NCBI RefSeq assembly: GCF_009834535.1
Contig: NC_045696.1
Location: forward strand, 71,550,001-71,614,000
Length of the DNA stretch: 64,000 bases
DNA from: Camelus ferus
Taxonomy: Eukaryota
Direction of reading: 5' to 3'
Made by a program: the position numbers and the translations under genes
Notes under the pieces: model-generated
Database searches by the model: none
Told to the model about the DNA's origin: nothing
Seen by the model: the letters and a program-made list of their open reading frames with translations, nothing else
Shown: one piece after another, positions 38,978-53,035 of the stretch
Numbering within the stretch: position 1 is the first letter of the stretch
Layout: every line of letters starts with the position of its first letter

Positions 38978-39835
38978 CTGACGCCATTCTCAGGACTGAA
39001 GAATGTTCTACTTACAGGAGTGGGGCCAGGGCACAAGAATCCCAGGCAGTCAGATGGTGGAGGTGGGGGGGTGGCGCTGTTTGCCTGAAGCAGCCTGAGG
39101 TCATGTGACCAGGGTGGAGAATCCAAATCATCTCCCAAACAAGCAGCATCATGGGAACGGAATAAAGCATAAGGAACGGCTCAAGGAGACTAGTTCAAAG
39201 CAAAGGCTGTGAACGCAATTTTATGAGGAAGTATCCTTCCCTGTGGGGCTTGTGTGATTCTGGGAGAGGGTGTGAGATCTTAAAGTGACTACACCGGGTA
39301 TGTGGATGGGAGGGCAAGCCTGGAACCTGGTGAAAGGGGAATCTGGCAGTTTCCTAGGGCTAGAGCAGGAATTAATGGAATTCCTGATATAGCTGGGTGG
39401 CCTGACTGTAAAACTTTGTCTCACATGGATCTGTGGGATTTTTTTTGCTTGTTTCCTTCATCTGTGATAATGAAATGTGAAATGTCCTCACATGAAAGGG
39501 AACCTATGACATTTGCAAGTCTGTAAGCAACCTCCCCTCTTTTTAGAGGCTCTTCAGCGATGCAAGATGGAGGCCTTGGTGTCTTACCCATGCTGAGTTC
39601 TGATGTGTCACAAGGTACAGAGTTGCTGGATTGCAGGCAGTCTCTCTTGTTTGTCAACCTCCGTGTGGCTCCTGCAACCTGCTGATCCACAAATTAAGTG
39701 GGATTGTTTGGTGAAATGTCTGCCATCTTTTCTCCACAGCTGATCCACGATATCCTACTTAAGTATTTGTTTGTCATGTCATCTAATCACTTTGTCCTCC
39801 TCCAGCAGAAAAGGTAACCTCTGAGAATCTTAAAT

Positions 39836-40050
39836 TTTTTTTAATTGAAGTAAAATCAGTTACAATGTGTCAATTTTTGGTGTACAGCACAATGTCCCAG
39901 TCATGCATATACATATGTATATTTGTTTTCATATTCTTTTTCATTAGAGGTTATTACAAGATATTGAATATAGTTCCCTGTACTATATAGAAGAAACTTT
40001 TAAAAAATCTATTCTTTTTATAGTGGCTAACACTTGCAAATCTTAAACTT
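39836..40050 (-). mobile_element. Short 3' end of a lineage-type L1
   Basis: Aligns by eye with 30232-30460 and 6617-6760. Confidence 0.85.
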
Positions 40051-40299
40051 AAATGTTTTTTAAATTTCATGCTTTTCTTTTAAAACAGAGGGAAGTCATA
40101 GATAGCTGTGATAAACTTAAGAACGACTACATCATACACATTTTGAGGGATACCTAACTATTGGCTAACTCTGAAAAATGATCATGTAATGGAAATAAAG
40201 GGCCTAGTAGAAAAGAGGTCTGGGCTCCAGTCCCATTTATGTCTCCAGTTAACAGAATGACCTCTGAAGTCACTTAGTCTCTTGGGGCCTCATCCATCA

Positions 40300-40632
40300 A
40301 ACTCTAACGTACACATGGTTTCCCTGGGATCTTGTTGAAATGCAGATACTGACTCAGTAGCTCTAGAGTGTGGCTTGAGATTCTGACTCCCAGGCAATGC
40401 TGCTCTGCTATTCAGACTTGAGTAGCTTGCACTTAGAAGACCTCTAAGGAGTTCTCAATCCTGGCTATACATTAGAATCTCCTTGGGAGTTTAGAAAGGA
40501 CTCCGAAAATTCTGGTACCCAGGCCCTATCTCCAGAGAGAATGATTCAGTTGGTCTGGGATGGGCCAAGGCATCAGTCGCTTTTCAAAAGCTCTCAGGTG
40601 ATTCTAATATACTGTCAGGGTTGAATTATTAC
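40300..40632. mobile_element. Two adjacent MER5-like hAT MITE remnants
   Basis: 'cctgggatcttgttgaaatgcagatactgactcagtag' and 'gttctcaatcctggctatacattagaatc...caggtgattctaat'. Confidence 0.65.
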
Positions 40633-43600
40633 TATGATGAGCTCGAGGAGTCTGTGAAAAAAATGTATATACACAAACACACATATATGCATATAATATA
40701 TATGTGTGGATGTATGTGTATGAATGAATGCACACACACACATGCACACACTTTAAGAGTTTCTTTTTATCTTTTCAGAGAATGTACAAAACTAGAATCT
40801 GCCCCCTTTCTGCTTTTGATGTGTGAGTAGGGATGGCAGAGAAGGATCAGAGGAAACAGCAAAATAACTGTCAGCCAAAGAAGCCACTACAGTAAGCAAG
40901 ACTGGCCCTTGGCCTGGTGTGACCACTGTGTGGCAGCGTTCCCGAGACCGGCTGCCTCACACAGAGCTCGTTAATCAAACAGGGCCTGTCTGACCTTGGG
41001 CCCTAGCCTGACCCAGATTTTAAACTCAAATCTTTCTGTCTTTAAACCTAAGAAGCTAGCAGTATAAACCAGTAGGGCTAAACCACCTGCTAATTTGTTG
41101 TCTGGGGACTTTATTCTAAGATTGGAAAAGTTGAATGCTCTTACCGTAGACTAGGCACCTGCAATAGAATGGGGGGAAAAGGTTTCCACTGTTTAATCAA
41201 GCTGAAGAAAGAGGTTCAAGTGCCTGATTTCCATTGCACCACTCATCAGAAAAGCAAAAGCAAAGAGAAAATGGCTCTTTGAAACCACAGCTGTCTTCAA
41301 GGATGGTGAATGTTGTTAAAGAAAAAACCTATGAAGTCAAGGCCTCTGCTGAAACAGTAGTGTGGCCTGTTTGTCCAGCTGAGCCTCCTGAAGGGTTTAT
41401 TTGAAGTTGGGCCTGGGATAACTTGGGACAGGGGGCTGAATGGCTTATCTCAAATTGTGAGAAGAATTAGGACCTGGGGGTGGCGGTGCCTGGAAAGGGG
41501 AGAGGACAAGGAGGGAGAGGCACGAGCAAGGCCAGGATGTCCCAGGCTAGGAGGGGGTCGTGGGAGATACTCGGTGCCGAGCATGTGAGGACCTCTGAGA
41601 ACAGGCTGTCCACAGCCTCATCTGCTTGTGTAGAGCAGCCCTGTAACATCTCCCCACAGCAGCCTTATCTTCACGGTTGCTTCTTGGAGTCACAAGTGAA
41701 AAAGCTGGTCCAGGGGGAATCCCACCAGGACAGGATAAAGGAGCAACCCCAGGGGCAGAATGGAGAGCCCGAATTCCAAGGAGGCTGAGAACCAGAGCTG
41801 AAGGAGCTGCAGCACCATCTTCCTGCCCTGCCCTATTTGCAGAAACCTCGGGAGAGCCCAGGACTTTCCACAGGACCTGGAATTGGGATTTGAACCTGCC
41901 ATGTCTAGATCTTAAAGGAGCAGGGCTGCCCCAGCCCACATGAAGGCCACCTTTCAAGTGAAGTTCATTGAATAGTGTGATGGAGGAAATGATTAAGATT
42001 ATACATTTTCCTCAGGCCTGTGCTTAGAACTATAACCAATTTATGGGCGTTTGGAAATGGTTGAACCCAAAGGTAGAGATAGTGACTTACTTTCATATAA
42101 TAAGTGGCTACTGATGAGGGGATTTGTTGATTTGTTGCTGGAGAAAAATGACTTACAGGGAATTGAAGCTCTGAGAGACTCAAAGGCTACCAGACTGCAC
42201 TTCCTCAGCAATGTGACTTGGGTGAGCTGTGGGAACACTGGCCTTGCTATTTGTCCAGGGAGGTTCTGGGCTTTAGTCCCAAACCCACAACTGGAGACTC
42301 TGCTTATTTTCCATTTCTGAACTGCTCACAGCTCAGTGAAGTCCCAGGTTTTGAAGAGTTACTGAGTTCTGTGGCAGAAATAAGTTGTAATCTTGGAAAA
42401 AGTTTAATGAGTTTGAATTGTGCTTAAAGTTTCTGTGTCTGCTGCTGGGATTTCAGGAAAGTCTTTCCATTTAGTTCAGTAATTTTCCCAGAAAAACTGG
42501 TTTCCTTAGTTATGAATGTTAATTTAAACATATGTAATGTAAAAGCACTAATGTATTTTGCACCCAGTGCATGGACCAGGGAGTTGGTAGCAGGGCTTTG
42601 GCATGAGACTATGCTGAGGGTGTATGTTGGGACTGAAATCCTGGCTGAGCTCTACTCCCCAGCTGTGTGCCCCTGAGTGGGGCTACATCTGCTGGGGAGG
42701 AAGGGATGCCTTTTTCTAATGTGCCTGCCCAGAGGGAGTGCCTTTCCTTAATTGACACCAGAGAGGCCTGTAAGCAGGCAACTGAAAGACCTTAGCAAAT
42801 GATGCTGCACGGCATGGGATCTTTGTCTCCCTTGGCTACTCTGAGATGGCAGTCAGGGCGGATATCCTGATGCAGGTGCTCACATTGAGGGAAGCCACAG
42901 GAAACGTGGATGTGCCTCAGTATGGATCCCTTTGGATTGACCTGTTCTCAGTTGCTTTAGGAAAATTAAAATCCTTCGCAGATGCGTTAATTACCTCTGG
43001 ATGGCAAACCTCCAGATATTCCTGAATTAGCACAGGCTTGCCTTATCAATGTATTACATTTTCAAGAGATTAAAGATAAAAATGTATTATTCCCACATGA
43101 CAGTCTCAGGGTCTTTGGAGTTTTGGAGGTGGGTAGGTGCCAGTGGACACTAGGCTGGAAGCTGCATGAGGGCATGGCCTGGTTCTATCATGTTTAATGC
43201 TGCACATCCTGCCTTTAGCACAAAGTTTGCCACAGAGTATTCCCTCAGTGAATATTTTGAATTGAAGGATTTGTGAATGGTGCCCCGTGGAGGTGGCCAG
43301 AGCAGAGGAGAAAAGGGAAACATTACATAGTGGCTGACCAAGTGAAAACTACCTTTATTTGAAGCACATCTAGAACAATTTCTTCTTTAAAAGGACTTTT
43401 CAGGGAGCTAGGTATTGTGTTTGAGGCAAAGCTAAGAGTCAATAAGATTTTATAAATTATATATTTATGCTTATTTAACTCTAAGCATCCAAGTGTCTTT
43501 ATTGACGTTAGAGTTGCCTGAGAAACGTGTCTAGAGCATTTGCTATTTTACTTAACAGATTTTATTGAGTATCTACTGTGTCTGACACTAGGGAGATGCA

Positions 43601-44629
43601 AATGTCCAAGACAGTTTGTGCCCTCACACTGCACACTGGTGTAGTGAAGGAATGGGCACTAGAATAGATGTTTCCAATAATAGGTGTCAAGAGCCATGGC
43701 AGAAATTCCCAGGGTTCTATGTGAGCAAATGGGAGGTACATTTAACCCAGCTTGAATGAAATGGGGGGAGGCTTCCTGGAGGAAGCGGCTTTTTTTTGTA
43801 TCCCTCTCAACATACATGGTTTCTTTGGATTGTGTGGGCTATGGCTTTCCTATTCTCTCAGTCTTCAGAGGTGTAGTACCCTAGAGGTTCTGTCCACTTC
43901 TTCTGGGGAAAGCAGCTCCCACCTGAAAAAACTTCACCACTTCCTCCCCTGCAGCTGTTACTTGACCCACTGCAGAGGAAATCAGTATTACACTTAAATA
44001 TCTTAATATTTTAAATATCTCCCAAAGCAAGCCAACATTTGTTGAAGAGTCTTAGACACAGGGATTTCTGAATTTAAAGTCATATCCACTTATTTAAATG
44101 TTCTAACCATCACGTTTTCCAATTCTTAAGCAGCCATATTCTCAGATTAAGAAATCTGATTTGATGTTGTGAAGCTTAGAATTTTCCTTTCAAGAATAAA
44201 AATTCAAATAACTTGTGTTCCGTTTCTTAGCTTTTAGTTCTGGGAAGAATAATAAGATAGGACGACATTACAAAAAATGGGACCCTCTATCCTAGTTGGT
44301 GGTAACAAAATAAAGAGCGAAAATTCAATTTGAATTTTGAAAGAATCTATCAGTTGACTAACAATGGTTTCATTTTAAATAGAGTTCACAGTACATACAT
44401 AATTATCTGCTGGGTACACCCACATCCTGTTCTTACTAAGGATGAATTTTGGAGGGGGGAAAATTTAAATGTATCGGTTATTAAAATGAGAGGCTAATAA
44501 TACTCTAGATAGCAGGTGGTACTCAAGGCACTTATTGGTTGGTTCATAGAGAGCTTGGCTGCTTGGAGAGGGAGGACTGGGTTCACCAGTTGAGGTGGGG
44601 AAAAAAAAGACATGATAATTTACAGAGAA

Positions 44630-45520
44630 TCCAGTTACCTATGGGTCATCTCCAGCTGGATGATCCTTGTACAGTCAAACTCCATCCTAACGCTAAACCT
44701 AAACCCATCATCTTCCTCCTTAAACCTACTTTGCCTCCCGTGCCCCCTATCCTGGTAAAGGATGTCACCATCTATCCAGTTGCCCAAAGTAGAAACTTGG
44801 ATGTCTTCCTTTATTTCTCTCTTTTCTTCTTCCTCTTGCCCCTCACTCCTTTTGAATATTACTTGAATCCATTCATTTTTCTCCATCCCCAGAACCATAT
44901 CTGTATCTCAGACCTCTGTTATCTCTCATCTGGCTTGCTGGCAGGTAGCAGCTTTCTGACTTCCCCACCTCTCCTCTCACCTCACTCCAAACCGTGCTGC
45001 ATCCAGAGCTGATCTTAAAGCGCACATCTAACTGTCCTTCACTTGCTTAAAATTCTTCAGGGGTCCTACACTATCATCCAGTTAATGCCCAGGGTCCTGT
45101 GGCTCACAGCCCTCAGGAAGAGGTCCTGGGGGTCTTGCCAGCTTTGTCTGTTGCCCACCCCGACTTCCATGCCATAATCAGCCTCCTTCAGTTCTTTGAG
45201 TACTCCTTGCCCCCTCTTGCCTCTAGGTTTTTCCTCAAGTTCTCCCCTGTGTTTGAAATCCTTACGAATCTCCTACTTGTCTTTCAGATTTCAACTCAAA
45301 TGTGACTTCCTCCATGAATGCTTTCCCTGAATTCCTCAGGTCCACATCATTTCCCTGTTACAGACTCCCACACTCTATGTCCTCCGTCACAGCCCTTTTC
45401 TGGGTCATCATTGCTTGTCTAAGTCCTCAAGTAGATGACGAGACACTTGAAGGTGTAGCTCTGTCTCAGTGTTAGATCTCCAGTGATTACCATGTGGCTG
45501 GTGCTCAATAGAAGTTTGTC
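44630..45520 (-). mobile_element. L2 fragment
   Basis: 'caccatctatccagttgcccaaagtagaaacttggatgtcttcctt' through 'ggtgctcaatagaagtttg'. Confidence 0.7.
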
Positions 45521-46259
45521 CATAGTTCCAGGGAGTCCAAAAGGGATGATTGCCCACAGAAAGATTGGATAGCAAATATATTCTGATAAAAAAAATTTAA
45601 AGAATTTTGTTCCCAACCCCATCTCTATTCTTTGCAGTTCTATTTTCCAAATGCTGTAAAGTTTTAACAATGAATGCATGTAATAGGGCAGCCTGGGCTG
45701 ATAGAAAAACCCGAGACTCGGCCAACATTTGTTGAGCTCTTGCTACACGTCAATCTGTGTCTTAGCACATTATACACATTAACTTATTTAGTTCTCAAGC
45801 AGCTCTGTTCGCTGAGTACTGTCCTCTTCATCTAGCTGATGAAGAAATGGAGGCACAGAGAATCAGACCCCAGTTCAAATCCATGCTGTCACTGTGTGAC
45901 CTTGGGCAAACGACCTCCTGATTTTCATCTCCTGAGCTATAAAATGGAGACAACACTGCTGACAAATTGACTTCCTATTTTTCTGTTTTCTCACACCATA
46001 CATATTACACATTGGCCTTCTATAGTTCAATTCTGAAGGCCGCCCACACACTGCTGCGTATCAGTGGACAAATGAGCATGAGCCAAAACGCGGTGATGTT
46101 CTAGCCTACTGGCCGTCAGTACATCTTTAGCAGCATAGCCAGTATTTTTGTTCAATTAGATATTTCACTGTAACTTGCCCTTATTATATTATAAAATGTG
46201 TGAAATATGAAAATAAAAGTTCTGATGCTAGTGATTCATAAGTAACAGTTATTCAGCAC

Positions 46260-47280
46260 TGTGTCAATTATTAAACTCCTGTCTCTCAGCTTCAAACACA
46301 CTCTTTTATATCCTGCTTTGTGATGCAGGGGCTGGGACTCTGCAAACCACATTCTTCCTTGGCCAGCTGCTTCCTTTTAGGCTCTGTCAATAATGGACAT
46401 TGGAGGAAGATTGCAGGGCTAGATGTGGAAGAAGAGACGTACTCTTTCCTCTTTGCTTCTGGTTTATTTCTGTTGGCTTCCTGTCCCAGCCATCAGCATC
46501 CAGCAGCGCAGCTAGTCCACCCCTGCAGAGGTAGTTCACTCCAGAAGCAGTTTGTTACGGGTTGAATTGTGTTCTCCTAGAACTCATACGCTGTGGTCCT
46601 ACCTCCCAGTACCTCAGAATGTGACTCTGTTTGGAGATAGGGTCTTTACAGAGGCAAGCAAGTTAACATGAGGTCATTAGGGTGGGCCCTAATCCAATAT
46701 GACTGATGTCCTTATAAGAAGAGGAAAATTAGACACTGAGATATGCATAAAAGGGAAAACAATGTGAAGGGACACAGGGAGAAGACAGCCATCTACAAGC
46801 AAGGACAGAGGCCTTGACCAGATCCCTTCCTTCACAGCTCTCAGAAGGAACCCACCCTGCCAACACCTTGATTTTGGCTTCTAGCCTCCGGAACTGTGAG
46901 ATGATAGATTTCGGTTGTCTAAGTCACCCAGGCTGTGGTGCTTTGTTATGGCAGCCCTAGCAGATAACATGCAGTTCAGTCCAGTTTGAGGTTTTACCAA
47001 CCTGCAAAGCCAACCTCAGGGCATCTCTGCAGAGACACAAGCACTGCTGCCTTCCTCAGAAGTCTGAGTCTCAATCCACTGGGACTCTCCTCCAAACTCC
47101 TAAATTTTAATAATCCCAACCTCTTCCCTTGGTTCCCCCAGCCTATGAACTGCTTCCTGCTGCTGCTACCTCTGTGATAGCTTAGTGTTCTCTTTTTTCC
47201 GTTTTAGTTACTTAGCTAACGGTTCTTTTTTACCTAGTTAAATATGCTCTATATTAAATCCTCTCCGGTAAAATGACTGG
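46260..47280. mobile_element. LTR33-like ERVL LTR split by the MLT1 insertion
   Basis: 'gtgatgcaggggctgggactctgcaaaccacatt...ggccagctgcttcc' on the left, continuing after 46976. Confidence 0.6.
46553..46971 (+). mobile_element. MLT1 (MLT1B/C-like) MaLR solo LTR
   Basis: tgttacgggttgaattgtgttc start, 'gttatggcagccctagcagataa' end; 5-bp TSD cagtt at 46548-46552 and 46972-46976. Confidence 0.9.
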
Positions 47281-47795
47281 AGGCCTGGGAGCATGACCCT
47301 GGCCTGGCCGAGCTGCAGAGGTGATACTGCTGCTCCAGTGGGTCTGGAAAACTGGGCATCGAGCCAAAGAGGATTATTCTCAAGCCTTAAGATCTAATGG
47401 AATTTGCCTTGGTGGGTTTTGTACTTACTTGGAATCTATCATCCCTTCTTTCTTTCCTATTTCTCCCTTTTGGAATGGAAAGGCCTGCCCCACCACTGTT
47501 ATTTGGAAGCACATAACTTTGGTTTTACAGGTTCACAGCTGGAGAGGAGTTTTGCCTCAGGACGAATCATACCTCTGGTCTCACCTGTATCTGATTCAGA
47601 TATTTAGATGAGAGTTTGGACTTTGGACTATAGAACTGATGCTGGAATGAGTTTACACTTTTGGGGCTGTTGGGATGGAATGAATGTGTTTTTCCATGCA
47701 ATAAGAACAAGGATTTGGGGGCCTCAGGGTGGAATGCTATGGACTGAATTGTGTCCCCACAAAATTCATATGAAAGCCCTCATCCCCAGTGTGAC
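47281..47795 (+). mobile_element. MaLR internal 3' segment followed by the start of an MLT1A-like LTR (~47735)
   Basis: 'agccaaagaggattattctcaagccttaagatctaatgg' (MaLR-int), purine-rich tract, then 'tgctatggactgaattgtgtcccc'. Confidence 0.75.
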
Positions 47796-50264
47796 CCTCA
47801 CAGAGAGTGTGACAGAAAGATCCTTTCTGGCTAAGCCTTCTCCAGACCATATTGGGTACTTCTCCTCTGATGCCAGGGACAGGAACCATAGAATTCACAA
47901 ATTTAGTACAATTGAGACAAAGATGAAAACTTTTGAAGCAAATAGAGTGGTGGATTTTGTTTTCTCATTTGAATGTTTGCTGAGTGTTTAAATGTTAAGG
48001 AAAAGAACTGATGAACTAAGAAACAGAATAAAATGTTGAAGATATATAAAGATTGGATCTAAAAGGTTTCATATAATTTAGAGTATCTTATTTCCTCATA
48101 GTAACCTGCATGTTCCACATGCTATTCAGAGATTTTCTGTTCTCATGTTGGCCTCCTTGGTCTGGGAGCTCCTTGAGGCAAGGCTGGGGAATATGTAGTC
48201 CCCTCTGCATCCCCTGGTGTTCAGTACCATGGCTGGCCCATGCTCGGCCTTCAGTAAACATTGGTGAAACTTAAATTTTGAAAAAGAGCCTGTTTCAACT
48301 CCCCATCATCAGTGTCATTTTGGGCCCATTGATGACCCAGGACGGAGCCCTCAGGAAAGGGGGCAGCCTAGCAAGAAGGGTGTACTTGTCGATTTCAGAC
48401 AAAGAAATGACTTTCCGTTAAGGCGGACTATTTTGAGAGGGTTAGACATGATTTACATGTCAGTCAGGCAGGCAGTGGCCAAAATCGTTCTCATGTCTGG
48501 GGGGAATTTATGTCTCTGCTCTTCTTTGCTATTTAATGATAGTTGTTACTTATTTAGCACTATGGTACGTCAGGTTCGATGTCAAGGACTTTACATAATG
48601 ATCCCTCATTTGATAACCACAGCAATGTGATGAGATGGGTAACCCATTTTATAGATGATGAACCCGAGGATCTGCAAAGTCAAGCAAATTGTCAAGATCA
48701 CAGTGTGGGAAATACAGTAACTAGAATTAAAATTCAGGTCTTTCTGACTCTAGAGTTTGGCCCTTTCCAGTGGTCTTCTGTTTTCTTGCTCAAGCAAAGC
48801 CCTTAGACTCTTAGAATGGGGCTACCAATCTCCTGGCTCTCTTCACACTAGGACCCTTTCTCCAGGTATAAGAACTCAAATCCCAGTTGTCCCTATGAGA
48901 AAGTGACGACTAAGTTTTCCAGTCCCCAGTTTGAATCAGTTAGTAATAGTCACCATTACCTTTCCACACACCATACTGAAGGAAGCAATTTGCACAGTGG
49001 CGATGTGAGTTGGAGAAGTGAGCAGGGACTTCTACTGTTGAGTGCTAGCTTCCTCAGGATCTCCTGCCATAATGTTTCTGGAAGGATTAGTATGATGATT
49101 AACTGTGTTGTGGATAGACTATTGGTTATACACAGCACCTTTTAATAATATTTTATCTTCTCATTTATTACAGCCACAATTCTGAGCAGCAAACTGGGGA
49201 TTATCTAATAGTCCTTCCTGAATGCCTTCAGTATGTGTTGAAAAGTTCCTACATATTTTTTAAGAATCATAAAAGATCAGAGCTACTGAATCATATCTGG
49301 TTTAAAAGAATTTAGGTTAATTCAGGAATCTCTGGATAATGTAAATGATACTCCCACAGATAAACTGGAAAACTTCCCTTGAAATGGAGATATGGAAAAA
49401 GTAGGCTTCATTAACCCAATGTGTTCCTTGTTTTTCATCTCTCATCTAAAAGTATATTGGAAATCTGTAGCTCGAAATGTCGAACAGACTGGATCACTTT
49501 TTTTTTTTTTTTGGTCTTGGATGAAGTATCTTAAGGGTGAGAAAGCCACCTATCTGTTTCAAAATGAGATTGATTGGAAGTCCCTGTTCCCCAACTCCTG
49601 ACCCCACGCTATGATTTTGTCTTATCCCCAGCTGATCAGGTTCACTCTTTAATCTAATGGTACACACGGAGGCGACCATCTCTGCCGGATTTATTTACTC
49701 ATTTGGGAGGTTGTTGTAAGACTGAGTCCATGGGGAAGCTCTGTCAGTGGCATCCACCGGCCTGTGCCAAGTGTCTGTGGAGCAAGCTACAGCATCTTAA
49801 CTTGGGCACGAGGAAAGTGGTGATCTTTCAGAGTGATTCTGAGCCTGTTCTTTGCTGCACCTTTCAAGCCTTGTTCTCCATCCAAGCTGCAGATTTTGTG
49901 CTCCCTATACATTCCTCCAAACATTTTAAATTTACAATATAAAAGTATAGTGTAATGAGCTTGTACATACCCTTTGCTTTATCTTTCTCTGTATATAAAA
50001 CATTTTCTTTTGCTGAACCATTTGAAAGTAGGTGATTCTCTACCCCTCAAAGGGCATGTATCTCCTGAGAACAAAGACATTCTCCTACATAATCACAATG
50101 CCATAATCACATGCAAAAATTTAACCTTGATATAATATCACTGAATATAGTTCATGTCCAGATTTTCCTTAAAATGTCCTTTATAGCTAATTTTTAGGCA
50201 ATGTAATAAAACCTTTAATATCACTTTTGTGCTAAGTGAATTCACACATAAATTGAAAATGTCT

Positions 50265-50353
50265 AGGGGATGTATAGCTCAGGGTAGAATGCGTGCTTAG
50301 CATCCGTGAGATCCTGGGTCCAATCCCCAGTACCTCCATTTAAAAAAAAAAAA
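50265..50353 (+). mobile_element. tRNA-derived SINE (Vic-1 type), short form: tRNA-like head plus poly(A), with TSD
   Basis: ggggatgtatagctcagggtagaatgcgtgcttagcatcc...gggtccaatccccagtacctcca then A-run; TSD gaaaatgtc at 50255-50263 and 50354-50362. Confidence 0.9.
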
Positions 50354-50589
50354 GAAAATGTCAGATTATTTTAAATATCCCAAGACTCAACTTTGATTAA
50401 TTTTATATTTTAAACCCAAGTCTATATTCAATACCATTTCATCTAAGGATAGTTTTGAAACATGTGACATTGGATGTTAATACTTTTGGAACTCTGGAAT
50501 GCCCTGTGCCCAATATTCCCAATATGTTAAAGCTAGGGGGAAAAAACCCCTCCTTTCTTTAGCTGTTTTTATTGTTGCTGCTGCTGTTT

Positions 50590-51045
50590 TTTAACCATGT
50601 TAATCGACAATTTTAAAATGTAGAGTTCAAAAATTTTAAGTCTATTCACATTGTTGTGCAACTAATCTCCAGAACTCTTCTTCTCTTCTTGCAAAATTAA
50701 AAACTAAAACCCAGGAAACACTAACTCCCCAAGTCCCTTTTCCCAGGCCCTGGCAACCATTGTTCTACTGTCTGTCTCTATGAGTTTGACTGCTTTAGGT
50801 ACTTTATGTACGTGGAATCATGCAGCATTCGTCTTTTTGTAACTGGCTTATTTCACTTAGCATAATCTCCTCAAAGTTCATCCATGTTGTAACATATGAC
50901 AAGATTTCCTTCATTCTTAAGGCAGAATAATGTTCCATTCTATGTCAATATCACATTTTATTTATTCATCCATCTGTCAATGGATCTTTAGGTTGCTTCC
51001 ACCTTTTGACTATTACGAATAATGCTGCTCTGAATATGGGTGTTG
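50590..51045 (-). mobile_element. L1MB-like 3' end
   Basis: 'ggccctggcaaccattgttctactgtctgtctctatgagtttgact...tggcttatttcacttagcataat'. Confidence 0.85.
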
Positions 51046-52069
51046 TTTTTCTTTTTAAAACCAGAATCCAAACCAGAATTATACACCCAATGTTGTGCTA
51101 ACAAATTCAATTTCTGCTAAAAATCAGCTAGTGTTGACTTGTTGCCAGTCACCAGGGACTCAGAGTCTACCCAAGAGTACATGGGAAACATAACTGTCTT
51201 GTATGTGGTGGAACATAACTATTTTGATTTAGAACCTGAAGCTGAATACATTAACTCATCGGTGGTGTTGGTGAGTATGAATGTGCCTCCTACGTCTGAT
51301 GTCACCTTGCATTAGCCTTACTCTCCCACCTTCCCTGCATCCTTTCATCCCTCGTCATCCTGCCTCAGAGAAAATGGTGAGTGAGGAAGTAGAAACAGGG
51401 TGTGTGGCACAGCTTCTTCCTCTCCTCTTCCTTTGGTTTCCTACTTTGCAATTCTGGGGTAAGGTGAAGGTGGGGGCCGGCCTTGGTTTAGTGTTGCCAT
51501 GACTGGGTGGATAACCTGCTGATTATACAGTCTGACTCCCCAACAGAGCTAGTCCTCATGTATTTGGTCCTCATCTCCTAACTCTTTTGTTTTACTTCAC
51601 AACTGGTTCATCTCCAGGATAAGGGGGGAAATATTGCTGTTTTTTGGGCCCTTTAAAATACCTCAATTGTCAGGGAGACACCTGGATCCCAAACTTGACC
51701 ATCCATCTACACAGCGGGCCTCCTCCTGTCGCACAGGTCTTCTCAGGACACCAAGTTACAATTTGGAAGATGCCTACATCTGCGTAAATGCCTGTGAAAG
51801 AAACATGGCATTGCCAAAGAGATATTAGCACTAAACCCCATTCTAGGGACACTGCTGCTGAGGTCATGAATTCCAGCTCCAAGAAGTAGAATGCTCCCCA
51901 CTGCTACTTGCACAGAGAACATTTTATTCTTTTTTTAGACTCTACTTAGAAAAAAAAATATTGTTTATTGCTGAAAACTTGGGAAAAACTGAACAGCACA
52001 AAGACTAAAACAAAAGACACACAGAAGCTTATCATCCAGAAATAACCACAGTCAATTTTTTTGTACATC

Positions 52070-53035
52070 AGTTTATACCTCCAACCCAAACTTCTCCTTT
52101 GAACTCTAGACAGTGTATCAAATATCTCACCTGATAGTGCATCTCCAATGTCTCAGATTCTTCAGACTCAGCATGACTAAGAATAAACTCATACTCTTCT
52201 CCCCTAAGCCTGTTCCTTTCCCAGTGTTTCCCATATTAGTGTTGACAACTCCATTTATCTAGCTATTCATACTAGAAAGCTAAGCCATTCTTGAAAATTT
52301 CCTTTTCTTTACACTCCATATCCAATCCATCACCAAATCCTATTAATTTTAACTTTCATATATGCCTCAAACAGCTTGTTTCTGTCCCCAGTCTTCTTTC
52401 CCAGTCCATGTTGCCATCTTATGCCATGTGCATTACTGTAAGAGATTCCTCACTAGACCCCTTTTCTTCCTGCTCATCTATGCTGGCCCCTAGTAATACA
52501 GAGACAGATATTTTCAAAGTGAAATCTGATCATATGTTACATACACCACCCCCACTTCTCCCCGAGTTCCTCTGAGATAAAGACAAAACTCCTTAACGTG
52601 GCCTATAAGATCCTGTATGATCTGGCCCTACCTACCTCTCCAGCCCCATTCCACACCATTCTCTGCCAACTATTTTTACTCCAACCACATGGCCTCCTTC
52701 CGGTTCCTTATACTTGCTGTGGTCCCTCCTCCCTGGGCTGTGCCTATGCTGTAGCCTCTGCCTGGGCAGCTCTTCATGCAGGTATTGCATGCTTATCCAT
52801 CACAGCTCAGTCAGCAGAGAAGCCCTCGCTGATCTCTCTGACCAGGTCACATTGCCCCTGATAAAGCTTCTCCACCAAGGGCATCTCCCTCATAGCACTT
52901 AGAACGATTGCAGTGTGTGTGCTGGTCTCCCTCACTAGACTGAAAGCTCCCTGAGGGTAGGGACTGTGTCACCTTTTGCCTACCATTGTATCCTGAGAAC
53001 ATACTCATGAAACATTTGATGAATAAATGAATGCC
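52070..53035 (-). mobile_element. L2 3' region
   Basis: 'ctagactgaaagctccctgagggtagggactgtgtc' and terminal 'atttgatgaataaatgaatg'. Confidence 0.8.

Noticed and set aside
44539..45012. 157-aa ORF
   Set aside because: Non-ATG start, runs antisense through an L2 remnant, no domain similarity.
50265..50340. tRNA-like sequence
   Set aside because: Degenerate B box (gggtccaatcc), poly(A) tail and TSD mark it as a SINE, not a tRNA gene. The same applies at 15580 and 28217.
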